Shown in pieces: positions 37,283 through 47,447 of a stretch of 64,000 nt of DNA (the stretch's first letter is position 1; each line of letters opens with the position of its first letter). Source of the DNA: Candidatus Nanoarchaeia archaeon (GTDB lineage Archaea; Nanobdellota; Nanobdellia; Woesearchaeales; GW2011-AR9); contig DATDWB010000027.1 in the NCBI GenBank assembly GCA_035289845.1, positions 621-64,620 of the forward strand, in the 5' to 3' direction. The notes below the pieces were generated by a model. That model did no database searches, was not told the origin of the DNA, and saw nothing but the letters and a program-made list of their open reading frames with translations. Position numbers and translations under genes: made by a program.

Positions 37283-38116
37283 TTATCGAGGCTTTAAAGC
37301 GTGTTTAGAAAGAAACCCTAAGATCTTTTGACTGACTAATTCCGGATTCTGAATATTTACCCCATGTTTACCTTCCGGTATAACTACTATTTCAGCATCT
37401 CGGATAAGTTTATGCATTTCAATTGAATCGGCCTGGGGTAAAATTTTATCTTTTTCGCCTTCAATAATGAGAACTGGAGATTTTATTTTAGGCAATATTT
37501 TTTTAAGGTCAAAATTAAGCATGGATTCTAAACAAGCAAACACTGACTTTAAGGGGGTATTATGTAAACCATGGTAAAAAATAGAATAATCAGAAGAATC
37601 ACGGTATTTACTCAAATCTATATCTTTTAAATGATTAAAATGCCGTTTATTGATGTGTTCATTTTTTAGAATAAAATCTAAAACCTGCTTCACAAACGGC
37701 AGAAGAATTTTTATTTTTTTATGCTGAAATACATTTCTATAAGTCGTACCGCATAAAATAAAACTTTCAATGTTCTTATAATTTTGAAATAAGTGGTAAT
37801 ACATCAAAGAAATTGCCCCGCCCATACTATGCCCAATTAGGACTACCCTCTTTATTTTTTCTTTCTCTAAGACAGTATGGATATCTTTGGCAAAACATTC
37901 CAATAAATATTTATCCTTTTCCTCCGGTTTATCTGACTGCCCATGGCCCCTTAAATCTAAGGTTAAGGTAGAATACCCCTTCTTTTGAAAGAAGGCTATT
38001 TCTTTCTTCCAAGTGGTCCAGTCGGCAGCCCAACCATGGATAAATACCAAAAATAAGCTGCCTTTGCGCTTAACCTTATAACTTATCCTGATGCCATCGA
38101 AGGATTTGATTATCAA
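37283..38116 (-). CDS. alpha/beta-fold hydrolase
   Basis: 'VFIHGWAAD', nucleophile elbow 'GHSMGG', and a distal His. Confidence 0.8.
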   Translation of the reverse strand: MIIKSFDGIRISYKVKRKGSLFLVFIHGWAADWTTWKKEIAFFQKKGYSTLTLDLRGHGQSDKPEEKDKYLLECFAKDIHTVLEKEKIKRVVLIGHSMGGAISLMYYHLFQNYKNIESFILCGTTYRNVFQHKKIKILLPFVKQVLDFILKNEHINKRHFNHLKDIDLSKYRDSSDYSIFYHGLHNTPLKSVFACLESMLNFDLKKILPKIKSPVLIIEGEKDKILPQADSIEMHKLIRDAEIVVIPEGKHGVNIQNPELVSQKILGFLSKHALKPR

Positions 38117-38329
38117 GAATATTGATAAGGGAAGCTAGTTATATAAAGGTTTGGAGAGTTAGTAGGTTTAAGTTAGTTAAAAAAAATAACTATCAATTGT
38201 TGAATTTAGCTGCGATGGTTTGAGTTGCAACTTTAAACTGATTAGCGTTTAAGTAATACAGACTTAATACTACAATAGTAATAGATTTAACCTAAACATT
38301 TTTAAATATACTCCCTTTTTACCCTAAAC

Positions 38330-38620
38330 ATGATCAATACAAAATTAGAATCCCTGGTAATTGACTTATCCTGCCAGATAAAAAAAGATCCATTAGAACA
38401 GGCACAAGAAACACTTAGGCTTACCAAATATGTCACTAGTGAGATTATAAGTGCAACTGCCAAAGTTACATCAATCACTAGACTAAAGGGTCATCCAGCT
38501 ACGATAAAAGGCTTAAAAATGACCGGTGGGAGTGTTATTGAGAATTATGAAATTATTTATGATTCTTATGGAGAACGTCATACTGCTACTTATTCTAAAA
38601 AAGAGTTTTATGATTTATAG
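38330..38620 (+). CDS. hypothetical protein (96 aa)
   Basis: ORF only. Confidence 0.3.
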   Translation: MINTKLESLVIDLSCQIKKDPLEQAQETLRLTKYVTSEIISATAKVTSITRLKGHPATIKGLKMTGGSVIENYEIIYDSYGERHTATYSKKEFYDL

Positions 38621-38649
38621 AATTATTTTGAATGTTTTTTGAAATAATT

Positions 38650-38698
38650 TATAGAGAAGTTTGCGGATAAATAATTTAATTATGCAAACTTCTCTATA
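38650..38698. repeat. palindromic repeat element, copy D (hairpin 1 only, 15-bp perfect stem)
   Basis: 'TATAGAGAAGTTTGC-GGATAAATAATTTAATTAT-GCAAACTTCTCTATA' between convergent genes. Overlaps the stop codon of the minus-strand gene that ends at 38694. Confidence 0.6.
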
Positions 38699-39467
38699 GA
38701 ACAATCCACTTCTTTTCTTCTATCTTTGTTCTAATGTCGGAATTCAACATAGGATCATATTGAGATAATTTTTCATCAATACAAGCAGACAGTTCACGAT
38801 TTTCACGTTGCGCTTGTCGTGCTCCAAAAACAGCAGCGAAGGCAGCTACAGCATCTTTAGTCCGATCCATTAAAGAAGGAAATTTCTCATAAAAAAATTT
38901 CCTAACTTCTAAAGAAGTATATTCTGGACGGATGACCGCCATCGCCAACCAAAAGGAACTTTTAACTGATTTAGTCGCTTCAGAAAAATTCTTCCAGGAT
39001 TGATTCTGTTTAGCCGTATCACAATATTCATTATAACCGCACCAATAAATAGGACGATTAAGAACAATGTCTGAAACTAGCCACGGTTCGTTGATCAATT
39101 CTAAATGATTTTGAGAATAAAGATAGTTTAATTCGTCCAAGAACTTTAGACATTGTTTTAGTCCTTTCTCTCGCGCTCTTCGTTCTAGTTCGGGATAAAC
39201 TGTGCCTAAAACATCTAACATTAGGCCAGTCCAATCATGATTTGGGCCGCCGGTATAAGCTTCATAAGACTTATTGTTGTTAATGCACCGCGCCCGGTCA
39301 ATAAACTGAGGTAATTTAGTAATTGCTTCTTCTGGCTGTTCTAACATCAATTGTTGATATTCAGCAGCAATCTTCCCGGCTTGCTGATACATAGTACCAA
39401 GTTGAGCAGCTAATTTGCCCACCATTCTCTCGCGGAAGGGTTTTTCAAAATCTAATAGAACACCCAT
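38694..39467 (-). CDS. hypothetical protein (257 aa), cotranscribed with HD-domain protein
   Basis: ORF begins 1 nt after the end of the upstream HD-domain gene. No motif recognised. Confidence 0.4.
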   Translation of the reverse strand: MGVLLDFEKPFRERMVGKLAAQLGTMYQQAGKIAAEYQQLMLEQPEEAITKLPQFIDRARCINNNKSYEAYTGGPNHDWTGLMLDVLGTVYPELERRAREKGLKQCLKFLDELNYLYSQNHLELINEPWLVSDIVLNRPIYWCGYNEYCDTAKQNQSWKNFSEATKSVKSSFWLAMAVIRPEYTSLEVRKFFYEKFPSLMDRTKDAVAAFAAVFGARQAQRENRELSACIDEKLSQYDPMLNSDIRTKIEEKKWIVL

Positions 39468-39468
39468 G

Positions 39469-40071
39469 TTAATTGCCTAACACCCCTTCCAACTCCAATA
39501 TATTCTTATGCTTGCCAGCATTCCTTAACTTCTGGGCAGCAGACGTAAAATAAGAATGTGATTTCTGGAAATTCAGCTGAGATTTAAACCACTCTTTAAC
39601 CGATTTAGACAGACCATACTCGCCCAACTCCCGACGGAGATTCTCACCGACTACAAAAAAATCATCCCTACCCAAAGAATCTAAATCTGCATCACACATC
39701 AACAGCTGCAATAAGTCTTCTCTATTTGGATCCTGCCGGAATTGACTATTTAATTGAGTGGCCATAATGATCCGACTGATATATCCAATTTGTTTATTGG
39801 AATACCCCAAGCTGGGAAGGGTATCAAACGCCATCTGCACTCCGATAGGTTCATTTTTAAAATACTGCTCCAGGTAACCTAAATCGTGATATAAAACAGC
39901 AGTTTTCAACAATAGCATATCTTCTCCTTCTATACCTTCCAGCTGACCTAACTTTTCAGCCGCTGGCAGAACATCGTTTCGAGTATGATGGATACCGTGA
40001 TAGTAAAGATTGGAAGGAAGTTTTCTCATCTGAGAATAAACATACTCCTGGGCTCGGTCAAAATCGGGCAT
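39469..40071 (-). CDS. HD-domain phosphohydrolase
   Basis: 'YYHGIHHTRNDV' and 'VLYHDLGY...D' give the H..H...HD...D metal-binding pattern. Confidence 0.75.
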   Translation of the reverse strand: MPDFDRAQEYVYSQMRKLPSNLYYHGIHHTRNDVLPAAEKLGQLEGIEGEDMLLLKTAVLYHDLGYLEQYFKNEPIGVQMAFDTLPSLGYSNKQIGYISRIIMATQLNSQFRQDPNREDLLQLLMCDADLDSLGRDDFFVVGENLRRELGEYGLSKSVKEWFKSQLNFQKSHSYFTSAAQKLRNAGKHKNILELEGVLGN

Positions 40072-40131
40072 TTACTAATCATCCCTTATCCTAGCCTTAA
40101 TTTCTTTTTTTGACATTATATAACCTAAAAA

Positions 40132-40440
40132 CTACCCCTCCTCTTCCGGAAGCTTCTGCTTGCCGCTCAAAGTAACTACACCATTATCACTTACTACTCT
40201 AATCTCTTCTAAATTGTTAATAATCAAATCATTACCCATCAAATAGAAAGAAATGTTTCGTAATTCCCGTACCCGTACTTTTTCCACATCTTTAATCTCC
40301 AACACTTTAATCGGTACCTTAGCCTTTAAATGAGGATTGTTATCCTTAAATAAACCAATAAACGCGGACCAGTATCCGTCCTCATCTTCACCTGGCTTCC
40401 GGCTAACGGTGATACTTTTAACTTTGAAAATTTGGTCCAT
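40132..40440 (-). CDS. small hypothetical protein (102 aa), faint Hsp20-like C-terminus
   Basis: 'VVSDNGVVTLSGKQK' resembles the sHsp C-terminal '...NGVLTI..PK' strand. The remainder does not clearly fit. Confidence 0.25.
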   Translation of the reverse strand: MDQIFKVKSITVSRKPGEDEDGYWSAFIGLFKDNNPHLKAKVPIKVLEIKDVEKVRVRELRNISFYLMGNDLIINNLEEIRVVSDNGVVTLSGKQKLPEEEG

Positions 40441-40443
40441 AGT

Positions 40444-40797
40444 TTATTTTATGAATCGTTTACTTTTAAATATTCCTAAAATTTTATGTAAATGCAGCTG
40501 GTAAGACAATACGAACCCGCCAACAAAGAACAGCATCACTCCCAGACGGCTGACCCAGATACTTCCACTTAAATAGCCTAAAAAGAACCCTAAAATTATC
40601 AAAACAAAGGGTAAAATTGGCTGCTTGAATCGTTTAAAGAAAAACATTCTTCCGGCCAGGAAACCACTTAAAAAAGCAGTTAAGAAACTGAAAAAGAAAT
40701 TTCTAAAAGTCACTGCCACCAAAAAACCGATCACTAACAAAAACAAGGCCAAGGTTTCCGGCCAGTGCAAATCATAACTAATTGATTTCTTAGCCAT
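40444..40797 (-). CDS. small membrane protein, hypothetical
   Basis: Three or four TM helices. Shares a stop/start junction with the next gene. Confidence 0.35.
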   Translation of the reverse strand: MAKKSISYDLHWPETLALFLLVIGFLVAVTFRNFFFSFLTAFLSGFLAGRMFFFKRFKQPILPFVLIILGFFLGYLSGSIWVSRLGVMLFFVGGFVLSYQLHLHKILGIFKSKRFIK

Positions 40798-41537
40798 TAT
40801 TTCTCCGAAGTTATCAAAATTAAAACTAAGGCCACCACTAAAGTCACAACTACCGAAATTATTAAACCTATTTTAGTTTTAGTCAATAATAATATGGCCG
40901 CCAGAACAGTCATTACAATAGAAGTATAATACAAGTTTCTAGAACCAAAAAACAAGTTCAATCCGTCTAACTGCGGGAAAGGCAGAAGGGAGCAGAAAGC
41001 CATAATTAAATTCAACATTAAACCTTTACTAAAAAAATAACTTTCCGGTGAAATGTAAGCTCCAATGGCAAATAATATAGCCAAAACGATATTGGCACAA
41101 ATCCCCCAGATAGATATTACTGCTCCATCGCCTAACGAAAAACCATATCTAAACTCACCCAACCTTTGCCGGATCATTAACGCGGAAGTTAGGCCACCAA
41201 CCAAGACTAAAGGAATTATCCCCAAAGACATAAAAGCTACCACCAAGGCGATAACTAAACCGGCTAGCCAGACTTTAAATTCAGATTTATATCCTTCCCT
41301 AAGTGCATAAGTTTTTTGCAGGGACAAACGAAATAAGAAAGTGATTCCAGTTATTAGAATCATCACTAACAGATTTCTCAGACCCAAAGCCAGATCAAAA
41401 TAATCTCCTGAACCCCAATCTCGAAAGGAAAAAATAAAGGCCGTGACCACTATAGCCAAAGCCAATCCACCAATTTCCGGTTTGCTGAAAGTAAAAAAAT
41501 CCTTTATTCTAGCTCTTAATTCGCTACTGCTTACCAC
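40797..41537 (-). CDS. polytopic membrane protein, hypothetical
   Basis: 246 aa with about 6 TM helices. Confidence 0.4.
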   Translation of the reverse strand: MVSSSELRARIKDFFTFSKPEIGGLALAIVVTAFIFSFRDWGSGDYFDLALGLRNLLVMILITGITFLFRLSLQKTYALREGYKSEFKVWLAGLVIALVVAFMSLGIIPLVLVGGLTSALMIRQRLGEFRYGFSLGDGAVISIWGICANIVLAILFAIGAYISPESYFFSKGLMLNLIMAFCSLLPFPQLDGLNLFFGSRNLYYTSIVMTVLAAILLLTKTKIGLIISVVVTLVVALVLILITSEK

Positions 41538-41576
41538 AGGCTTAGTACAGCTTGGGTAATATATAAAATATGTGGT

Positions 41577-42632
41577 TCACTTCTTCTCCAAAACCAAAAT
41601 CTTATACCCGCTATTTCCTCGGCTGATTTCTTCTTCCCTAATCAACTTAAACTTCTCAGAAATCGAAATGTCCAACTTGCTGCGGCCAATTAATAGCAGT
41701 GTGCCTTTAGGTTTTAAAATATAACTAGCTTGATAATAAATCTCGTTAATCTTATCCTCATCTTTCAATGTCACCTGCAAGATTAAACGATCAAATTGGT
41801 GTTGATCATATTTAACATCCAATTCATCCAAAGAATAACGACTAATAAACACTAAATCCTTAACTTGAGCGATGATTGCATTTTTTTGCGCGGCAATCAC
41901 ATTCTGCCTATTTTCGTCAAAGGCATAAATCTTAGTCCCGGTAGAAGGAAGTGGGTTAGGGCTGGATTTAAACCACTGGAATTTGCTAAAAGCCAATTCC
42001 TCTTTGTCCCTAAAAATTCTATTGGCATAAATAGCCGCTTCAATAGGTAAAGTTCCATCTTTCATCCAACCTACCAACAATTTTTCGCCCGGTTTGAAGC
42101 CAGATTTGCGTACAAAAAAATAAGCCAAATCTCCTTTGAAGGAAGCAGAATGGGGAAATACTCGGTAATCACGGCCGCTTAATTCCTTACCCACCAAATC
42201 TAAGCCCACAATATGACGGCGGCCAGTGAAATAAAGGTTAAGGCTGATGTCCGGATGCTTAATCTTAATTTCAGGTGAGAAACCAGCGTTCTTACTTACT
42301 TCATTAATCACGACTGGAACTAATTGTCTAGCCAAAGCTAAACGGTTATCTTGACCTTTAACATTTATAACCTCAACCTTGAAGGTCAGGCCTTTCTGGA
42401 AAAAAAAATTCCAGTTAAATTTAGATTTTTTAACCTGATCTAAATCACCAATATAAGCTAAAATTTGATTAATAGATTGAGAGCCTAAAATTAACTGGAC
42501 TACGTCCGCTTCGGTTATAGCCTGAAAAAAAATGGCTTGGTGCTCGCAAGTAGAATTCACGCCAATTAGTTCTTTAATTTCCTGCTTAGCCAACTCCTCC
42601 ATTCCCGGATTAACAATAACATAATATTCCAT
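41577..42632 (-). CDS. THUMP-domain RNA methyltransferase-like protein (Trm14/RlmL family) with degenerate SAM motifs
   Basis: N-terminal THUMP-like region and a Rossmann-like C-half. Motif I reads 'LLVGWMKDGTLPIEAAI' instead of 'DPFCGSGT..IEAA', and no NPPYG-like motif IV is evident. Confidence 0.45.
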   Translation of the reverse strand: MEYYVIVNPGMEELAKQEIKELIGVNSTCEHQAIFFQAITEADVVQLILGSQSINQILAYIGDLDQVKKSKFNWNFFFQKGLTFKVEVINVKGQDNRLALARQLVPVVINEVSKNAGFSPEIKIKHPDISLNLYFTGRRHIVGLDLVGKELSGRDYRVFPHSASFKGDLAYFFVRKSGFKPGEKLLVGWMKDGTLPIEAAIYANRIFRDKEELAFSKFQWFKSSPNPLPSTGTKIYAFDENRQNVIAAQKNAIIAQVKDLVFISRYSLDELDVKYDQHQFDRLILQVTLKDEDKINEIYYQASYILKPKGTLLLIGRSKLDISISEKFKLIREEEISRGNSGYKILVLEKK

Positions 42633-42647
42633 TCTCTAAAACTCATC

Positions 42648-45113
42648 CTAAACTAATTCTTCCGGACCGTCCGGAGGTGCATCTTCCTCGATCAATATTT
42701 TAGCCGAAGCAGCCAACTGGTCAGCATCATTCAAGCGCATTACTCTTACACCCTGGGTAGATCTTCCAATAAGTGAAATATCTGAACTTTTAATTCTTAT
42801 CCCAATACCCTGCTTAGATACCAGCATTACTTCCTCGTTTCCGTCAACTAACATGACCGCTTTAACCAACCCATTTTTATCCGTTATCTTAATGTTAGTT
42901 ACTCCTTTACCCCCCCGATTGCACAATCTATAATCGGCTACCGGAGTTCGTTTTCCATAACCCTTTTCAGTTAAGGTTAAAATGTTTTTAGTTTCGTCCG
43001 CGGCTAACATCCCAATAACTTTATCGCCTTCACTTAATCTTATTCCCCTAACTCCCCTAGCCGTTCGGCCCATAACCCTAACTGCACTTTCCCTAAATCT
43101 ATTAGCCTGGCCTTCTCGAGTGGCCAAAATTATTTCCTTGCTGCCATCCGTATATAAAACATTAACTAGATGATCATCATCTAATGTTATAGCGCGTATA
43201 CCGCCGCTTCTGGGACGAGAAAAGTCCATTAACTCGGTTTTTTTTACTGTTCCATTCTCAGTAGCCATGAATAAATATCCTTCCGCAAAATCACGCACTG
43301 GAATTATAGCATTAATCTTCTCTTCCGGCCGTAACTCTAAAATATTGGCCAGATGTTTTCCTTTACCCTGCCGAGTAGATTCGGGGATTTGATAAACCTT
43401 TAACCAATAAACCTGCCCAATATCAGTAAAGCATAATAAATAAGCGTGGGTGGAAGTAATATACAATTGTTCAATAAAATCTTCATCTTTCATCCCAGCA
43501 GCAATAACTCCCTTACCCCCTCTTTTCTGAGTTTTATAGGTGTCAATCGGTAGGCGTTTAACATACCCAGAATTAGTCATAGTAACTACCACAGTATGTT
43601 CTTCAATTAATTCTTCCAGATCTACCTCTTCATCTTCCCCGGGAACTAACTGCGATCGCCTCTCATCACCATAATTAGTTTTAATATCTTCCAATTCTTC
43701 TTTTATTAATTGTTTAACTAATTCATCTGAGGATAAGATTTGACGGTAATAAACTATTTTTTCTAAGAGCTCGGTATGTTCGGACCTAATTTTTTCCTGC
43801 TCTAAGGAAGCTAACTTTTGCAACCTTAAATCCAAGATAGCTTTAGCCTGCAGATCGGATAGGGGATAATTATTCATCAAAAATTCTTTGGCATCTTCAA
43901 CTGTCCGGCTATTTCTTATTCCGGGAATAACTTGATCTAAATTATTAAGAGCAATGAGCAAACCTTCCAAGATATGGACCCTATTTTCAGCCTGGTTAAG
44001 GTCGTACTTAGTTCGACGAAGAATTATTTCAGTACGGTGGGTAATATGATAATTTAAGAAGTCTTTCAATCCGACTACCACCGGCTGATTATCTACCAGC
44101 GCCAGCATGTTGATACCAAAAGAAACTTTTAACCGGCTGTGTTTATAGAGCTGATTTAATATTACATTGCCATCAGTATCCCGCTTCAAATCTATAACCA
44201 CTCTTATCCCATCTTGATCTGATTCATCGTTAATGTTCCTAATCCCACTTATAACCTTATCCCGAACTAAATCAGCTATCTGTCCAATCAATTCCTCCTT
44301 ATTTACCTGATAGGGTATCTCAGAAATTATTATCTGTTCATCCTTAACTTGACAAACTGATTTGATGGAAACCTTCCCCTTCCCAGTAACGTAAGCCTGC
44401 AGCAAGGAATTACCAGTAGAAACAATGCCCCCAGTAGGGAAATCGGGAGCAGGGAGTATGCTCATAAGTTCATTAATTGTAATTTGCGGATTATTAATGG
44501 AAGCAATTAGGGCGTTGCATACTTCTAGGACATTATGAGGAGGAATATTAGTGGCCATCCCCACCGCAATGCCTGAAGAACCGTTGACCAATAAATTAGG
44601 CAGTTTGGAAGGTAAAACTTCCGGTTCTTTCAAAGAAGCATCGAAATTGTCCCTAAAATTAACCGTTTCTTTCTCAATGTCTTTAAGCATCTCTTCAGCC
44701 AATTTACTTAACTTAGCTTCGGTATACCGCATAGCCGCAGCGGAATCACCATCGATACTGCCAAAATTGCCCTGCCCCTTAATTAGAGGATACCGCAGAG
44801 AGAAATCCTGAGCCATCCGAACTAAAGAATCATAGACTGCTGTATCTCCATGAGGATGGTATTTACCCAAAACTTCCCCCACTATCCGAGCACTTTTCTT
44901 GAAGGGCTTATTATGAAACATTCCCAGATCGTACATAGAATACATAATTCGCCGGTGAACTGGTTTAAGGCCATCTCTAATATCCGGCAGAGCCCGGCCC
45001 ACAATGACCGACATGGCATAATTTACATAGGCGGTCTTCATCTCCTCCTCAATTACTCTAGGGACTACCCGAGGAGTATTGGGCAAGGGCTGATTGGTGT
45101 CGGATGGATCCAT
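42648..45113 (-). CDS. gyrA: DNA gyrase subunit A
   Basis: '[33 protein letters not shown]', '[63 protein letters not shown]' (active-site Tyr region), and C-terminal beta-pinwheel repeats. Confidence 0.9.
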   Translation of the reverse strand: MDPSDTNQPLPNTPRVVPRVIEEEMKTAYVNYAMSVIVGRALPDIRDGLKPVHRRIMYSMYDLGMFHNKPFKKSARIVGEVLGKYHPHGDTAVYDSLVRMAQDFSLRYPLIKGQGNFGSIDGDSAAAMRYTEAKLSKLAEEMLKDIEKETVNFRDNFDASLKEPEVLPSKLPNLLVNGSSGIAVGMATNIPPHNVLEVCNALIASINNPQITINELMSILPAPDFPTGGIVSTGNSLLQAYVTGKGKVSIKSVCQVKDEQIIISEIPYQVNKEELIGQIADLVRDKVISGIRNINDESDQDGIRVVIDLKRDTDGNVILNQLYKHSRLKVSFGINMLALVDNQPVVVGLKDFLNYHITHRTEIILRRTKYDLNQAENRVHILEGLLIALNNLDQVIPGIRNSRTVEDAKEFLMNNYPLSDLQAKAILDLRLQKLASLEQEKIRSEHTELLEKIVYYRQILSSDELVKQLIKEELEDIKTNYGDERRSQLVPGEDEEVDLEELIEEHTVVVTMTNSGYVKRLPIDTYKTQKRGGKGVIAAGMKDEDFIEQLYITSTHAYLLCFTDIGQVYWLKVYQIPESTRQGKGKHLANILELRPEEKINAIIPVRDFAEGYLFMATENGTVKKTELMDFSRPRSGGIRAITLDDDHLVNVLYTDGSKEIILATREGQANRFRESAVRVMGRTARGVRGIRLSEGDKVIGMLAADETKNILTLTEKGYGKRTPVADYRLCNRGGKGVTNIKITDKNGLVKAVMLVDGNEEVMLVSKQGIGIRIKSSDISLIGRSTQGVRVMRLNDADQLAASAKILIEEDAPPDGPEELV

Positions 45114-45314
45114 GGTAAAATTTTAGATAAAAAGGTTATATTTTTTTAGGTAGATTTATAGACGATAAATCTCCAATTAGTTTAGGGCTGGATCATTTAT
45201 AAAGATTGTGGTAATTTAAGCTCAGTTTGTTCATATCTTCACGACGATAAATTAGTTTTAAAAATTAAAGAATTGATTAACAACGGTAAATCTAGAATTA
45301 ATCCTGCCAATAGC

Positions 45315-45935
45315 CTATTCCTGAGCCTCGTGCATAGCCTTCTTAATCTCTTCCTTACTCTCGGATTCCTTGTGGTCCAAATCAATCAGGCGTTCCACTT
45401 CATCCGCTTCTTGATCTATCCTCTCAGCTTCTTTTAGCATCTCGGAAGGCACTTGTTTTAAAAAAGCTTGTTTAGCTTCCTCACTGGGAAGATCGAAGTA
45501 ATTGAAGAATTTAGAGGTTAATTTTAATTTATAAGTACGCCCAGATTTTTCCTTGGCAATAAAACCCATCTCCATCAGCCGGCGCATGTGGTCATAAGCA
45601 GCCGGACTTCTCAACTTCACTACTTCCGACTGTACAACGGGATATTTCCAAGCAATTATGGCTAAGGTCTCCATTAGAGGTTTTTCAAATTCCGTCGAAG
45701 AAACTATACTGCTTACTAAAGGGATAAACTGGTCCTTAACTGTAAGCTTCCATCCACTTTCTTTTTCTACTAAATGCAAAGAGTTATCTTTCTGATCATA
45801 ATCCTGTTTAAGCTGATTTAAGATTGTCTCAACTGCCTTCACATCCAAGGAACTTAAACTGGATATCCGCTCTAGGGTTATTTCCTTCCCTACTGCAAAC
45901 AAGATTGCTTCAACTTTCTTGGTGTTTATTTCCAT
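45315..45935 (-). CDS. scpB: segregation and condensation protein B (ScpB)
   Basis: Tandem winged-helix pattern 'VEAILFAVGKEITLERIS' and 'LMETLAIIAWKYPVVQSEVVKLRSPAAYDHMRRLMEMGFIAKEKSGRTYKLKLT'. Confidence 0.7.
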   Translation of the reverse strand: MEINTKKVEAILFAVGKEITLERISSLSSLDVKAVETILNQLKQDYDQKDNSLHLVEKESGWKLTVKDQFIPLVSSIVSSTEFEKPLMETLAIIAWKYPVVQSEVVKLRSPAAYDHMRRLMEMGFIAKEKSGRTYKLKLTSKFFNYFDLPSEEAKQAFLKQVPSEMLKEAERIDQEADEVERLIDLDHKESESKEEIKKAMHEAQE

Positions 45936-46509
45936 TCTCTTTAACTAGGAAATATATTCCCTCTTTTAAATCTATTCTCCCGTCATCTATCAGCTGGTCT
46001 AAGAAGTCTTCCAGAGCTTCCTGGGAAAGGCCAGTATAGCGGCTTAACTGTTCAGAAGTTAAGTTAGCATTGGTTAACAAAAATACCACATAATTTCTAA
46101 TTAAGGAGCTTAAGCTTTTCTTTAGGGAAGTATTCTCCATTTTCACTGCTTTAGCAACCAAATCAACCTGATGCAGCTTAGCTTGCAAATCACTCAAAAA
46201 ATTAGACAGCTCCTTATCAGCTATTTTAAGTTCAGAAGGCTGGATTATTTCCAGCATCGAAGGCATATAATCTAAACAAAAAGTGGTTAAATCCTGGAGG
46301 GTAGCTACTTCCAGTTCCAATTCGGCAAATGCACCCCACATACCTGCTTGATCTGTTCTCTCCTCAGCCTCATTTAAGTCTTCATTAGTTACCAAATAAT
46401 GGTCATCAGACCTGAGTTTTTGAATATACTCCTGAAGTGATTTTTCCACGTGCTCCTTAGGTTTTCCAGCCACTTCAATAATAGCCCTAAAATTAATTTT
46501 TTCTTCCAT
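45910..46509 (-). CDS. ScpA-like kleisin candidate / wHTH protein (overlaps scpB start)
   Basis: Sits upstream of and overlaps scpB by 26 nt (the scpA-scpB operon position). C-terminal winged-helix-like 'LSRYTGLSQEALEDFLDQLIDDGRIDLKEGIYFLV'. The N-terminus does not show the usual ScpA start motif. Confidence 0.35.
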   Translation of the reverse strand: MEEKINFRAIIEVAGKPKEHVEKSLQEYIQKLRSDDHYLVTNEDLNEAEERTDQAGMWGAFAELELEVATLQDLTTFCLDYMPSMLEIIQPSELKIADKELSNFLSDLQAKLHQVDLVAKAVKMENTSLKKSLSSLIRNYVVFLLTNANLTSEQLSRYTGLSQEALEDFLDQLIDDGRIDLKEGIYFLVKENGNKHQES

Positions 46510-46643
46510 TTAAGAGCTTATCAGAAAGTGATTTTTAAGTTTTGCTAAACGCTGAAGCTATAACTACCACCACCAGATTAGTTGTCACTTTTTAGTAATA
46601 ATAAGACAAAACATTTATAAATAGTCAAATATAGTTTAAGAGT

Positions 46644-47420
46644 ATGATAAAAGAATTGAATTATGCCCTAGGAATAGTGTTAATCGCAGTAGTATTTATT
46701 ATCTCCAACCTTTTATTTGTGCCTGATATTTCAGCAGTTGAAGATGTTATTTTAACTAAAGGAGCCCATCGGGGAAGTTCAGTGTATAACATAGAAAACA
46801 GTATGCTGGCGTTTCAGGAAGCCCTAAATAATCCCCAATACAAATTCATTGAATTTGATATCCAATACACCCAAGACAAAAAAATAATTGTGTATCATGA
46901 CTTATCTTTACTAAGATTACAGGGCAAGGCCGTTGAAGTTAGTGATTTAAGCTACGAGGAATTAGAAGCCATTAATGATTATCTAATACCAACTTATAAT
47001 GAGGCCATGGATCTTATAGGATCTAAAAAAGTAGTTAATGTAGAAATTAAATCCCAAGGTAATTTGAGCGAGGATCAAGAACTGGTTGATTTTATTGTTG
47101 CGGATTCTACAGAGAGAGGAATTGTAAATACAATCTTAATAAGTTCCATTTCTTCTGAAGTAGTGGATTATATCAACTTAACTTACCCTAAGATAAAAAC
47201 TGGCAAGATTTATTGGATTACGCCGGTTACATTTCTGCCGCTGGATTATTTAGTTAAAGAGATTTATAATTCAACTAAAGATATAGGGGCAGATTATTTA
47301 ATGCTGCATGGAGTTAATTTAAAGAATTATACTCTATGGGCAAAACTTAAACCGGAAAATGTTAATTTAGCCTTCTGGTACTTTGATGATCAGATGTATT
47401 TGTTGGGAGAATCTAATTGA
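46644..47420 (+). CDS. glycerophosphodiester phosphodiesterase family protein with N-terminal TM
   Basis: 'GAHRGSSVYNIENSMLAFQEALNN...IEFDIQYTQDKKIIVYHD' is the GDPD signature. Confidence 0.8.
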   Translation: MIKELNYALGIVLIAVVFIISNLLFVPDISAVEDVILTKGAHRGSSVYNIENSMLAFQEALNNPQYKFIEFDIQYTQDKKIIVYHDLSLLRLQGKAVEVSDLSYEELEAINDYLIPTYNEAMDLIGSKKVVNVEIKSQGNLSEDQELVDFIVADSTERGIVNTILISSISSEVVDYINLTYPKIKTGKIYWITPVTFLPLDYLVKEIYNSTKDIGADYLMLHGVNLKNYTLWAKLKPENVNLAFWYFDDQMYLLGESN

Positions 47421-47447
47421 TAAGATAACAATTTAAAACTAGTTAAC

